Shown here: piece by piece, positions 40,643 to 55,400 of the stretch
Layout of the letters: each line of letters starts with the position of its first letter
How positions within the stretch are numbered: position 1 is the first letter of the stretch
Assembly (NCBI RefSeq): GCF_009914755.1
Contig: NC_060927.1
DNA: 64,000 nt
DNA from: the human T2T-CHM13v2.0 reference genome, Homo sapiens
Reading direction: 5' to 3' (one strand)
Notes under the pieces: model-generated
The model's input: the letters and a program-made list of their open reading frames with translations, nothing else
Database searches by the model: none
Told to the model about the DNA's origin: nothing
Made by a program: the position numbers and the translations under genes

Positions 40643-43245
40643 ATCAACTTTATTTTAAAAATCAATGAGAAAGAGAAAAATGGAAAGAGGAAAAAGTTGA
40701 AAACAGATTAAAACAGGGAAGAACAGAAGGGATGAAATAGACCCTGATTATTCCTTAGCAGTGTTGAAATATTTGAAACTTAACTTCTATGGAAAGAAGG
40801 AAGTATATCATCTCAAAGAAAGTTAGAGAAGGTTTAAATCCGTCAAATTAGTATGTCTTTATATTTTGATAATCAAGAATATGAGCTGATTTTTTTGAGC
40901 CAGCCAAGAGAAAAGTTAACTAGTCCACTGTTCAATTATCTTTATATATTTTCCTTTATTTGGAAAGAGTGAAATATCATGAGATTAATACTATATAACA
41001 TATTATGTGGTGAAAGACATGTTATCATTTTAGCAACAAAATTTTTGGTAAAATTTGCTATGAATAGCTACTCTATTTTCATATATGTTGAACTAGTAAG
41101 AATGTATGCATTAATTTCTAATTGTAGTTGCCAAGACAATGATACATTTTAACTTTAGATGAGTATTCTACCATCAGTAGAGATTTAACGTACTGAAAAA
41201 TATTGTTCGCTGGTAACACTGGTAATATGCATCCTCTTTTTAGAAAAACAAGAGTAATAAAATAAACTTTGATTTTGATCTATAATTATGGCAGTTATTG
41301 CATACCTTTAGATTTTACAACATATTGAATTTTAAAAAGTTAATATTCTCTAATTTCATAAATATTTCGCATTCATATAAGAACTAATATTGTAAAAGCA
41401 ATTAACAATAAGGATTATTGGAAAGGCAAATAAATAAATGTTAAATAAGCCTCCTTTATGTCAATTTTCTTCTATTTCCTTATTTTATTAGAGGTACCAA
41501 TATTGGAAATGAAATAGGTTTTGTAAGTCACGTAATTTCTGCACACAGAAAGGTAACACTCCACAGAAAAATACTGGCACTAATTCTTAATACATTTTCT
41601 AACATGAAGTTTCCTCAGGGAAATGTAATGTCAGTTGACAAAAATATTCAAGAACCACATACAGGGAATGCCTGAATCCATATAGGCTAATTGCACCATA
41701 TAATGTAATTTTTGAATTATGTTTTGCTGATGAAGTCACTGTAATAATTTTAGTTTCATTTTATCTTATTTTGATTTATGGATTCTGCTTATATGATGCC
41801 TATTACCATTATTTCTTGCCAGCTGAGGCAAAAATATGATTTTCCATTGAAATTATCTTCTATTTCACTTCCCAGAGTGGAAAGTAGCAGTGAATGCATG
41901 AATTATAATTGGAAAAATGTGTTATTATGATAATATGGTAAAACAACAGTAGTAGCGTCTTCTGAGGATCTGAGCACTCACTGTACTATGCAGAAATAAG
42001 TGAAATAATATATTAAAAAACAATATAAAAGTGAACAGTGGATTGATATTACTAAAAATGGCAGAATAGGGAACTCTAGGGCTCTATCTCTGCACTTTTG
42101 CAACTAATAAGTGAGGAAAATCTCTGAATTTGCTTCTGCAGACTCTGGAATCCAGTCAGAAAATTACACAGACAATACCAAACTTAATGAAGAAAGAAGC
42201 TTTTGCATTGTAGTAAGAGTTCTGTTGCTCTTAAAAATGACTGCCTACTATTTCACTCTTCTCAGATGGGCAGAAGCTATGAAGACAGCAGCCTATACTC
42301 TTGGTGCAGTTTTTGAGTATCAGAGTTAGCAAGACAGACCATCTTCTCAAAGAATTGTGGCTGTGTGCTTCTGCCTGTTTTCTGGAGGCTCCCTTCAGGA
42401 AGGACACAAGTGATTGCCTTTGTTTCACCTAATTTGAAACATTCACAGGGCTGGCGTGTCTTTCTGGGGACTTTTTGCTGAAAACATTCAAATGCTAAAT
42501 AAATTATTGACTGTAGTAGCCTGGGGACAGGGAGAAACAGAACTGGACAAATAATAGACAGACCAAAAATTTTGAAAAGAGGTTAGAGAAGGAGAATCAT
42601 TAGAAATAAGGGACTTATAAAGCTCCCAGGTATATTAGGAAATAACAGAAGGCAACATGCATGCCCAAGGCTAGGCACATGCTCATAAAAGACCTGAGAA
42701 GATCTTAAATGTTCACCTCTGTGAACCTTCAATCTCTAAGCAAGCTATAAGTAAAGGTTAAGGCAGATTTGTAAATGGCCTGATAAGCAGTAAAGATATG
42801 CTCAGACACAGATCCAATATGCAAAGATTAAGAGAGTACTGTATTTTTGTTTTGCTTTGTTTTCTTTTCTGGAAAAAAAAGGAAACTATCGAAACAATAG
42901 GTGGCGCTAAGCTAAAGAACAGACTTCCATGGCCGCATTGACAAAATACAGACTTTGCAAAATAGCTTAGTAGGACTCTAAACAAACAAGAAAAAACAAC
43001 CACCACCCACAACAAGCAGCAAAAATATACTTCTTGGGGATGAATAATCTGATTTTCAGAGTCTTCATATTATAATATTCAAAAAGTCCACAGAACACAG
43101 CGTGAACATTCAGTATTGTATAAAGTTCACATTATAATATTCCCAAAAAAAAGCCAACGCAGTATGGCACATTCACAGGGAATAAAAGAAACTAATAAAA
43201 ACAGTCAGGGAAGTGCAGACATTAGATTTATTAGATAAAGACACC

Positions 43246-43601
43246 TCCTATGGTGTGAATATTTGTGTCCTCCCAAAATTCACAAGTCTAAATCTAATCC
43301 CCAGTGTGATGGTATTAACAGGTAAAGTAATTGAAGGTGATTCAGTCATGGGGATGGAGGCTTTAGGAATGGGATTGGTGGGCTCATAAAAGAGGCCCCA
43401 GCAAAATGCCTTGTCTCTTTCACCATGTGAGGACATAGTAGGTTCTATTCCATGAAGCAGGAAGTAGAGCCAGACACTGAATCTGCCAGCACCTTCGTCT
43501 TGGACCTCCTAGCCTCTAGAGCTGTAAGATATAAATTTCTGTTGTTTATAAGCCACCCAGTTTATGATATTTTATTACAGCAGCCTGAATAGACTAAAAC
43601 A
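43246..43601 (+). mobile_element. MaLR LTR (MLT1A-like)
   Basis: tcctatggtgtgaatatttgtgtcctcccaaaattc...gcagcctgaatagactaaaaca; TSD acacc/acact. Confidence 0.88.
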
Positions 43602-44421
43602 ACACTAAATCAACTGTCCTAAATACCTTCAAAGAGCTAACAGAACTATAAAGAAAGGACTCGATGAAACTAGAAAATCAATGGCTTATTAAATAGAAAA
43701 TATCAATTAAACAAACAGAAATTATAAAAATGAACCAAAAATTCTGAAGCTAGAAAGTCCAACTAAAATTAAAACATTCACTAGAGAGGTTTAACAAAAG
43801 ATGTGAAAACAAGAAAGAATGAGCAAACTTGATGGTAAGTTATTTGAGATCATCTAGTCTGAGGACAAAGGTTAAAAACAACAGCAAACATAACAACAAA
43901 AAAGAATAATATATGGAGGTTTAGAGGGCTGTGGAAAACTATCAAGCATAATGGTATATGTATAATGAAAGTCCTAGAAAGAGAGAAGAAAAACAAAAGG
44001 TTAAAAATATTTGAAAAGTAGTGCTCAAAAAATTCCAAAATTTAATGAAAGACAGGAAGCTATGCATCCAAGAAACTCAGCAAACTCCTAGCAGTATAAA
44101 CCCAAAGATACCCACTTCAAGAAACATTATAGTCAAAAATTGTCAAAAGCCAAAGACAGAGAATCTTGAAATGCCAGGAGAGAATTGACTCTTAATGTAC
44201 AATGGATCCTCAAATGATTAATGGCTAATTTCTCAATGAAAATATTAAGGCCAAAAATAAGTGGAATAATGTATAAATGCTGAAAGAAAAAAAACTATGA
44301 ACTGAGAATTCTTATATCTGGCAAAACTAAAATTCAAAAATGAAGGAGAAATTAAGACATTCCCAGATAAAGAATAAATGAGAAATTTCATCATGAATAG
44401 ACCTGCTTTCCACAAAATACT

Positions 44422-44848
44422 TGTTAAAATAAAACTCGAGACAAATTCAATTTAATGGAGTTTAACTGAGCCAAAAAATAATAATTCAGGCAGCTTCCAG
44501 AATAATAGCAGATTCAGAGGGACTCTAGGGATGCCTCATGGACAGAACAAATTTATAGACAAAAAAGGGAAAGTGACATATAGAAATCAGAAGTGAGGTA
44601 CAAAAACAGCTGAATTGGTTACAGGTTGGTGTTTGCTGTATTTGGACACAGTGTGAACACTCAGTAGTGTATGAGTGGTTGAAGTATGGCTGTTGTGATT
44701 GGCCAGACTCAGCTGTTGTTACAGGTGCATACTCCTGAATTATGTTTTCAATCTTGTCTACCTATTAAGTTAGGTTGCAGTTTGTCCACAAGAACTCAAA
44801 TATGGAATTACAGATTCCTTCTCAGGTCATATTTAGTTTGATTTAACA
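44422..44848 (-). mobile_element. ERV1 solo LTR, MER57A-like
   Basis: TG...CA ends; ccttctcaggtcatatttagtttgatttaaca; TSD tact/tatt. Confidence 0.82.
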
Positions 44849-45093
44849 TATTAAAGATAGTTCTTCAGATAGAAATGAAGGGACACTCAACAATAACTTC
44901 AATCCAAATGAAGAAATATAAAAACAATAATGGTAAATACAAAGATAAATTTAAAAGGTAGCAAATATTATTGCATATTGGCTTTTTAATCCTGTGGTAA
45001 CTAACATTTTACTATTACAATAATCAAGTTTGAATTAATACTAAATAGGTTCAATAGTATACAAAAGCTCTTCTCCTTTACAGATTTATTCCC

Positions 45094-45448
45094 TGTATTA
45101 GTTTGTTTTCATGCTGCTAATAAAGATATACCTGAGACTGGTTAATTTATACAAGAGGAAGGTTTAATAGACTCACAGTTCCACATAGCTGGGGAGGCCT
45201 CACAATCATGGTGGAAGGCAAGGAGGAGCAAGTCACATCTTACATGGATGGCAGCAGGCAAAAAGTGAGCTTGTGCAGGAAAACTTCCCCTTATAATACC
45301 ATCAAGCTGTCCTGAGACTTACTCACTATCACCAGAACAGCATGGGAAAGCCCTGCCCCCATGATTCAATTACCTCCCACCAAGTCCCTCCTACAACACC
45401 TGGAAAGTCAAGATGAGATTTGTGTAGGGACACAGCCCAACCATATCA
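45094..45448 (-). mobile_element. THE1B-like MaLR solo LTR
   Basis: tgtattagtttgttttcatgctgctaataaag...ggaggcctcacaatcatggtggaaggc...gggacacagcccaaccatatca. Confidence 0.9.
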
Positions 45449-46315
45449 CCACCTTTTATGTTGTTATTGTCACAAATTATATACATTGTGTGTCTACTAA
45501 TATGTTTTAATTATGATTTTATGCATTTGTTTTAAATCAAATAGAAAAGAAAAATTACAATGTGATAATTAAGCAGAAATCTTTTAAACAACCAATGAGT
45601 AAAGGAAAATATTGCAAGTAAAATTGTTAAATACTTTTACTTGAATAAAAAAGAAAACAAAAGCATGATATTCCAAAGCTAATGGAATCTAGTGGAAATA
45701 ATGCTCAGAGAGAAATTTGGAGCTTCAAATACCTATATTAAAAGAAAATTAAGATCTGAAATGGACAACCTAAAAATTTCTGCCTCTAGAAACTAGAATA
45801 TGAAGGTCAAGATAAACCACAAGAGGGAAATAATAATTAGAGCTCAGATAAAAGAAATATGAAATATAAAAAACATTAAAGAGATAAAGTTTGGTTCTTT
45901 GAAAAGATGAACAAAATTGGTAAATTTAGCTAGACTGACAAAGAAAAAAAGAGAAGAATCAAGTGACCAACATCGGAATTTAAAGCAAGGCCATGAATAC
46001 AGAGTAGAGAATACTATGAAAAGTTTTATGCCAACAGATTAAATAACCTGTATGAAATTGACAGCTTTCAAGAAACACAAAATCCATCTAAAACTGAGTC
46101 AAAAAGAAATAGAAAATCTGAGCAGAAGTATAACTGATTCAAGAAATTGAATCAGTATTCAGAAGTTATCTGTTAAGAAAAGTCCAGAACCAGATGGCTT
46201 CACATCTGAATGCTAACGATGATTTAAATAATTTAAATCCAAACTTCTCAAACTCTTTCAAAAAATAGAAAAGGAGGGAACACCTCCTAACATTAACTGA
46301 GTTAAGCATTGCCTT

Positions 46316-47009
46316 TGAAATCTCCGTTGCAAAATTATAACTGTGACAGTGAAAGAGATCTGACCTAACAATCTCCATCTTGCCTCTAACCTCCAAGCTG
46401 TCCTTGTTCATTCCTGGGTGTAGGCTGAATTAACTTTGAGAGGAACTTTATTTATAGTTCATACGTTGAAACAAAGATTATAATAAACCTTGCTGCAAAC
46501 AAACCCTCTTCTTGTCTGGAGACTAGACTGCCTTTGTAGGACTAACAAATTAGCCAAAAGATTAGAAATTATAGTTTAGGAGCTGAAGGCTGCAAGATTC
46601 GAAACCTCTGCAAATTGGTCCTGGGATAACATCATTATTGTAAAACCGAAAATTAGTGCTTGAGAGATTTTGCACACCCTGCACTTGATGGATCAGCTGG
46701 CACCACCCAGATCAATAAACTGGCTCATGTGATCTTGTGGCCCCCACCCAGGAACTGACTCAGCACTTCAACTCCCTGTGATTTCATCTCCGGAACAACC
46801 AATTAGCACTACTGACTCACTGACCCCTACCCACCAAATTACCCTTGATTCCTGAATGCTTGGGGAGACAGATTTCGGTAGTAAATACAACTCTGGTCTC
46901 CCACACAGGGGGCTCTGCATGAATAACTCTTTGTCTATTGCAATTCCCCCATCTTGATAAATCGATTCCGTCTAGGCAGTGGGCAAGGTGAACCCACTGG
47001 GTGGGTACA
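46316..47009 (+). mobile_element. LTR8 (ERV1) solo LTR
   Basis: tgaaatctccgttgcaaaattataactg...ctccaagctgtccttgttcattcctggg...gggcaaggtgaacccactgggtgggtaca. Confidence 0.88.
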
Positions 47010-48744
47010 CTCTGATAACAAAGACATCATAAGAAAAGAAAGCTGTATTTAAATTCCTCTCATTAATGCAGGTTTAAAATTTTTCAACAAAATGCAAATT
47101 GATTCCAGCAGAATAATAAGAAGATTACAGACTATGACCAAGTTGGATTCCAGGGGTGTAAAGGTGGCTCAACATACAAAAATAATTAATGTAATACAAC
47201 ACGTTAATATATAGAAGGAGGGTGAAAGATTACTGCAATTAATGTATAAAAATGTATTTCACACAAATCAATGACATTTCATTACAAAAATACTCAAGAA
47301 GCTAGAACTATAAAAACAAAAATTTCCTCATTATGATAAAGGTATAATTATTTTTTTAAAAACCCCAGCTAACATTATACTTAATGGTAAAACATTGAAA
47401 GCTTCCCCTTAAATCATGAATAGACAAGTATGGCCATTTTGCCCCTTCTCTGCAACATTTTGCTTGACATTCTTGATAGAACAATTAAGAAAGTGAAATA
47501 AATAAAATTCCTCCAAATTAGAAGGGAAAAATTAAAATGATCTGTATTTACAAATGAGATATTATATATAAGAAAATCACAAGGAATTCATAAACTGTTA
47601 GAAATAATAAATGATTTTACCAAAGTTGCCTTTTAAAAGATCAGCACACAAGAATCAGTTGTATTTCTATAAAACTAAAAGTAGACATTCTATAATTAAA
47701 AATAAGAAAATAATTCTGTTTTCAATAGTATCTAAAGAAATAAAATAATAATAAATTTAACAAGTGAAGTGCAAGACTTATATTGTGAAAATAAAATATT
47801 GCTAATTAGAAGTGACAGGGTTCACTATGTGGAAAACTTCAAGGAATCTATAAAAAAAGCTTATAAATAACGAGTGTAGAAAAATTGCAGGTTACATAAG
47901 CATAAAAATATTTTGTAGTTATATATGGCAGTAATGAACGCATAGACATAGAAATTAATGTATCATAGCATTTATAATCACTAAAAATCAAAATAGTCAC
48001 GTATAAATCTAATAAAACATGTTTAGAAATTTTACATTAAAATCTATGCAATGCTGATAAAAAATCAAAGAAGTTCTAAATAAATAGAGAAACCTACTAT
48101 GTTCTTATATTAGAATACTCAGTGTAGTAAAGATAAAAGTTATCCTGAAACTGGCATACAAATTAACACATTTTTTATCACTGCTAGAATTTTATGACAT
48201 AGAAAATACTATTATAAATTTTATATGAAAGACAAAAGAAGTAAAATTACTAAAACAACTTTCAAAAAGAATAAAGTAAGAAGAATCCTTCTGCCTGATT
48301 CCAAGGTTTATTATATAGCTATAGTAATTTTAAGAATTTAAATACACATAAGTTAAAGCAACTTTATTCATAATAGTAAAAAGTAGAAAACAAGCCAATT
48401 TCCTTAAATGAACAAATGACCTAAAACACTGTGGGACACACATACCATGAATTACTCCTTAGTGTTTAAAAAGGAACTGACTATTGACATGACATGGATG
48501 AATTTTCGTAGAATTATACTGCGTGTAACAAAGCCAACCTTCATGTTACATACTGCATAGTATTACTTATATAACATACTTGGAATGATAATTTATAGAT
48601 GAAGAACAGGTTAGTGGTTGCCAATGATTAAGGGGGAAGGAAATAAGTAGATGAAGCTATACAAGGGTGACTTGCAGGAATTCTGTGGTGAAGAAAATGT
48701 GGTTTATCTTTTTTGGTTTTATTTATTTATTTATTTAATGTTAT

Positions 48745-49040
48745 TTTTTTTTTTTTTTTGGAGACAGAGTCTCACTCTGTCATCTGGGCTGGAATGTAGT
48801 GGCATGATCTTGGCTCATTGCAACCTCTGCCTCCTGGGTTCAAGTGATTCTCCTGCCTTAGCCTCCGGAGTATTTGGGATTACAGACATGTGCCACCACA
48901 CCCAGCTAATTTTTGTATATTTAGTAAAGATGGGATTTCACTATGTTGGCCAGGCTGGTCTCGAACTCCTGACCTCGTGATTAGCCCACCTCGACCTCCC
49001 AATGTGCTGGGATTACAGATGTGATCCACTGTGCCCAGCC
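48745..49040 (-). mobile_element. Alu (AluSg/Sx-like)
   Basis: full dimer. Confidence 0.93.
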
Positions 49041-49054
49041 TAAGATAATATTGA

Positions 49055-49518
<464 letters not shown>

Positions 49519-49661
49519 GTGTTATTTATCTTAACTGTATCAATATTAACACCCTGGTTGTGATATTGTAGTATAAATTTGCAAGATGTTAACACTTAAT
49601 GAATTTGAGTAAAGGTACACTTTTGAGATTTCCGTATTATTTCTTATACCTGCATGTGGAT

Positions 49662-50143
49662 TGTGGTGGTTAATTTTATGTGTCAATTTGAGTGGGTTAT
49701 GGAATGCTCAGGTAGCTGGTAAAACATTATTCCTGTGTGTGTCTGTGAGTGCTTCTAGAAGAGATTACTGTTTGAATCAGTAAACTGAATAAAGATGACC
49801 CTTACCTAGAGAGTGGGCACATTCAATCTGTGGAGGGTTTTCATAGAAGAAAATGGAAAGGAAGGGGAAATCTGTTCTCTGCATGAGCTAGGGCATCATC
49901 TTCTCCTGCCCACAGGCATTGGTACTCTTGGTTCTTGGGTCTTTAGACTTGGACCAGAATTTATACCATTGACTCCCAGGCCTGTAGGTTTTGACTAGAA
50001 CTACACCACTGTCTTTCCTGTGCCTCCAGTGACATCATGGGACTTCTTAGCCTTTATAACCACCTGAGCCAATCTCTTATAAAATACATCTCTTTTTATA
50101 AGTCCAAATATTTATCTTATTGGCTCTGCTTCTCTGGAGACCA
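49662..50143 (+). mobile_element. MLT2-family (ERVL) LTR
   Basis: tgtggtggttaattttatgtgtcaattt...attggctctgcttctctggaga. Confidence 0.85.
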
Positions 50144-50371
50144 TTTGTACATGAATCTATAATTATCTCAAAATTAAAGGTTTAATTTTTAAAAAGGGAA
50201 ACATTTGTTGATGTCTCAATCAGTGGATGAATGATTCATCATTGGTCAATCATTAGGAATGAAATTCTTTGGCAAAAAACTAAGTTGCAACTTGTCATAT
50301 GTACGCAAAAAGAGTTTTGAGTTTCCCGGGAAGAAAACTATTTATAGTCTATTGCTCAGTAACAGCATGAC

Positions 50372-51051
<680 letters not shown>

Positions 51052-51249
51052 ATAACAGTTCACAGTTTACAGTTCCTCTGAGCAAGGACTCTTACATAAC
51101 AGCCACATTGGTATGCCATGAATATTATCCCAGGATTTCTCCAGAAAAACTTGGAAGTTATCAGAGGAATTTTGCACAGAGACAAGAAAAAACAAAAATT
51201 TCTGGTAATTTTCAGATACTAGCTTTAACTGATTCTAATTTATGATGCC

Positions 51250-52790
51250 TTAAAAAAATCACTGTAATCCACTAAAGATGAACTTATTAAAGTCAAATTT
51301 GATTAAATGGACTGCAGTCATGCATCTGTCTTTCTCTCTATTTGGGACCACGGACTTATCTCATGGTTTATTTTCCAATCAGAGAATATACAATGGAATA
51401 AATGTACCTAATAGTTGGCAGAATTATTGCATCAAACTCCTGACCTCAGAAATGGCAGGAAGGGAGAAATGAAAGCCCCAAAAAATGCTCCCCCCTCAAA
51501 CAGAATAATAAAAACAGTTCTGTCTCTAGGGAGGTTATTGTAGGATTTAATGAGATCATGAAATGCTGGAAATTGCAGGATTGTTCAATATGACCAAATA
51601 CCCATTTAACTTGACTATTTGGCAGTGAAAAAAAAAATAACAACAGGTAGCTTGTGAATAAATTCTAGTAATTATTGAAACTCTTATTTGGTGACACCAT
51701 TTCAAACTGAATTTAGAAAGGAGGTATATATATTAGAGCAAATTAAGCAAACTCTGGGATGAAGAATGAAGTTATCATCAACCTATTAATATTTTTTCCC
51801 TATCACTATTAGGAAAAAAAAATCAGAAGTGGTTTGTTTTCATGTAGTAAGGACAACAGTATGCCTTTATATATTTACCTCAAGGATATGCCCAGTTGGC
51901 TCAGTGTTATATTCCAAAGGGATCTTGATTATCACAATATCCCAAAAAGCATCATGAAAGTCAATTTCATTGATGAGATTATGCTAATTCCTAGTGAGCG
52001 GAAAGTAGGAGATGCTTTAAATACCCTTCTAAAATACATGTCTGACAGAGGATCAGAAATAATCCCCAGGGAACTAAAGCAGCTTGACACATTAATTAAG
52101 TTGCCCAGGCTCCAGTGTTTTGTAGAATGTTATAATATTACTTCTAAGGTAAGAGGGAGGTTGATAAATCTTACAGTGTTCACTATGAAGAAAGAGGCTC
52201 TTTTTGTATTTTGATGGCAATATATATCACATTTGAAATAGCCTGAAAGGTTGCAACTTTAAAAAGGTGTTCGGAGGGAGAAAGAAAAAGAAGAAATGTT
52301 TTCGCCTGCTGACCTTGAGTACTAATTATTCTGCCACATGTGCTATGTGATATAATAGATCCAGTGTTTTCAGATATATAACATGTTACAGATAGGGATG
52401 TTCAGTGTTGCCTTTGTCAAGACCCCAAAATAATATTCCATTGTGAAGAACTGGAATTTTGGATTCATGCCATTTCAAATTCTATGACAAACTGCATTTA
52501 TTGCAAAGCAATTCTACACCGTCTACTAGTCTCTTGGAAAAATTGCATACCTAAGTGAAGGACACAAAGTGGTTACCCTAAGTGAGTATTATCTGATCCA
52601 CCACACCATAAAATTAGACTCAAACAACATAATTTCATTGTGCATTGAAATGATACATATAAGGCTAAGCCAAATCTTGTCTAGGAGGCACCATTATTTT
52701 TATACAAAAATGTTATTAGAACATTCATGATATGTCCTCCTACTCTCTCAGTATTTGTTTCCTATCACAACCCTCTGGCATTATGGGTGT
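51250..52790 (+). mobile_element. Degenerate ERVL-class internal pol (RT and connection region) remnant
   Basis: ORF 51834-52214 has QRDLD..VNFIDEIMLI..ITSKVRGRL..KKEA, matching recalled ERVL RT RRDLD..VHYIDDIMLI..IPSKVKDKL..KKEA; upstream PFN..IW motif near 51600. Confidence 0.8.
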
Positions 52791-52829
52791 TGGATACCAA
52801 AGATGATGGCTCTTATTAGATACCTCTCC

Positions 52830-53020
52830 TCTTGGAGGTGCTAGCTCTGTATTCAGTTTCCCACATTGTGGCATCGTGCCTAAGTGTGGTTAGTCCTCCA
52901 CTGCCACTGCTCTTAGGGTATGATACTATTACTATTGGTTCCTTATATTCTATCCACACTTTTGCAAATTATTAAACACCCTTTAAAATATGAGCTTTCA
53001 ATGTTGTGTCTTGCCATAAT
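52830..53020 (+). mobile_element. Possible ERVL LTR33-like 3' part
   Basis: ccacacttttgcaaattattaaacaccc resembles the LTR33 3' end; weak. Confidence 0.35.
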
Positions 53021-53039
53021 CACATAAATAAAAAAGAGG

Positions 53040-53960
53040 AATACTGAATTTTTCCTGTGAAACTGGGAATGATAAAAGTATTTTACTACAAGTGCCAGCC
53101 ATCACAACTATACAAGAAAATAAACAAAAGTTAAAAAATTTTGCTCTGCAGAGAGACAAAAAATAAAAGTGGCATTATTACAGATATGATTGTATATTCA
53201 CATGATCTAAAATAATATACAGATAAATTATTGAAATTTAGCAAATTTATTAAGCATGAAGATTATATATGAAAATTAGTTGTTACTTATATTACCAACA
53301 AACAGAAAATTAAAATAATGTTATGTACTATAGCATCAAAAATGTCAAATATGAATGAATCTAACATAAATTGTGCAAGATTTCCATGTATTACAACATA
53401 ATATATGATTGATCTAAATAATAACTATATAAATGAAGAATAAGCCATATTCATTAATTGCAATGCCTAATATTGTAAAAATGTCATTTTCCCAAATTGA
53501 TATACAGATTTAATGTATTTCATTCAGAAATTCCAAAAGGTTTTTTGAAGACCTAAAAAAACTTTCCTAAGCTGTGTGTATAAATGCAAAAACCAAGAAA
53601 TGCCCAGAAGAAACACTTGAGGATGAACAAGTTATAGAACTTTATTAATAGAATTTACAAAAGAGATTTAATGTTATGGTATGGTAAAAGTAGCAGTGTG
53701 TTATTGGTGTAAATGTAAGAGAAAAGATAGAATTAATCTATATACATACAGATCTATACATTTGCATGTACATACACACAACAATATATACACACATATC
53801 TTTGCTTTATGAAAAATTACACTGAAAATGAGGGGAGCCAAAATTATCTAAGATGTAGTATTGGAGAATCTGAATAATCTCAGGGAAAATGGCATACACA
53901 AAAGTCTATTTGAAATAGATTACAGTCATAATTGTCAACAGTAAAATTAGATTTTATAAA
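53040..53960 (+). mobile_element. Old L1M ORF2 fragments
   Basis: taatattgtaaaaatgtcattttcccaaattgatatacagatttaatg. Confidence 0.7.
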
Positions 53961-53986
53961 GTATAAAATAAGATTTTAGAAAGTAA

Positions 53987-54176
53987 CTCTACTAAAAATA
54001 CAAAAATTAGTTGGGCGTGGTGACGGGCGCCTATAATCCCAGCTACTCAGGAGGCTGAGGTAGGAGAATTGTTTGAACCTGGCGGGGTGGAGATTGCAGT
54101 GAGCCGAGATTGTGCCACTGCACTTCAGCCTGGGCAACAGAGTGAGACTCCGTCTCAAAAAAAGAAAAAAAAAAAA
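53987..54176 (+). mobile_element. Alu right arm only (5' truncated)
   Basis: begins at ctctactaaaaatacaaaaattag. Confidence 0.92.
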
Positions 54177-54294
54177 GGCATACAATGAATTATCAGAAAG
54201 AACTATACAAAAGTGAAGAATTCTGTCCATCTAAGTTGCTATTAAGACAGTGAGAGAAACGACATGAGTGGGACTAGGGATTTGTTCCCACACA

Positions 54295-54710
54295 TATTAG
54301 TCCAGTCCGTTAGTCCATTTGAGTTGCTATAAAGGAATTACCTGAGGCTGAGTAATTTATGAGGAAGAAGTTTATTTGGCTCACAGTTCCACAGGCTGTA
54401 TAAGAAGCATGGTTTCAGCATCTGCTCTGGTGAGGGCCTCAGGAAACTTCCACATTTGGGGGAAGGGGAACTGGCATCATGTGGTGACAGAGGGAGGAAG
54501 AGAGAGGGGAGGGAGGTGACACACTTTGTAACAATCAGATCGCATGAGAACTAGGAGTGAGAACTCGCCCAATCCAGTGAGACTGGCACCCAGCCATTCA
54601 TGAGGGATCTGCCTCCAGGACCCAAACTCCTCCCACTAGGCCAGACCTCCAATATTGGGGATCACATTTCAGCATGAGATTTGGAGGGTACGAATTTCGA
54701 GATTATATCA
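54295..54710 (-). mobile_element. MSTB-like MaLR LTR
   Basis: ttgctataaaggaattacctgaggctg...gaagcatgg...catgagatttggaggg...tatatca. Confidence 0.85.
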
Positions 54711-54832
54711 CCTAGAACATAGACTATGTTTTGGAGCATTCACAGCCTAAGTAACTGAGACCAATCTCCTGCTTAAAATAGTAGAAAATTTAGAAAATAA
54801 TATACACTATTTTGGAAATATTTTGAAAGAAT

Positions 54833-54913
54833 ATATGTACATATATATTTTATACATACACATATTTATATGTACAAATACATATACATCTATATATGTG
54901 TAGATATGTTACA

Positions 54914-54954
<41 letters not shown>

Positions 54955-54987
54955 AACACACACCTGTATATATGCTGTATCATATCT
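54833..54987. repeat. (TA)n tract with flanking 21-bp inverted repeat
   Basis: pure (AT)n at about 54916-54951; 54902-54922 vs reverse complement of 54967-54987, 1 mismatch. Confidence 0.9.
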
Positions 54988-55137
54988 GAGAGACATCAAG
55001 GGAATACGGAATTATGCAATCAACCTCAAAGAGAAGAAACCATAAAGAAATATGGCAAATATTTGGGGCTCTTTATTCTGTAGTTTCACTAGATAGATAG
55101 ATACTAAATAGAAATTTCTAGTTTAAGAATTCAATAT

Positions 55138-55400
<263 letters not shown>

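Larger units (their letters stand above)
42045..47800 (+). mobile_element. Old L1M relic (5' region, ORF1 and ORF2 remnants) hosting four LTR insertions
   Basis: ORF1-like ccaagaaactcagcaaactcc...attaagacattcccagataaa; ORF2-like ttggttctttgaaaagat, ccagatggcttcac; heavily disrupted. Confidence 0.8.
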
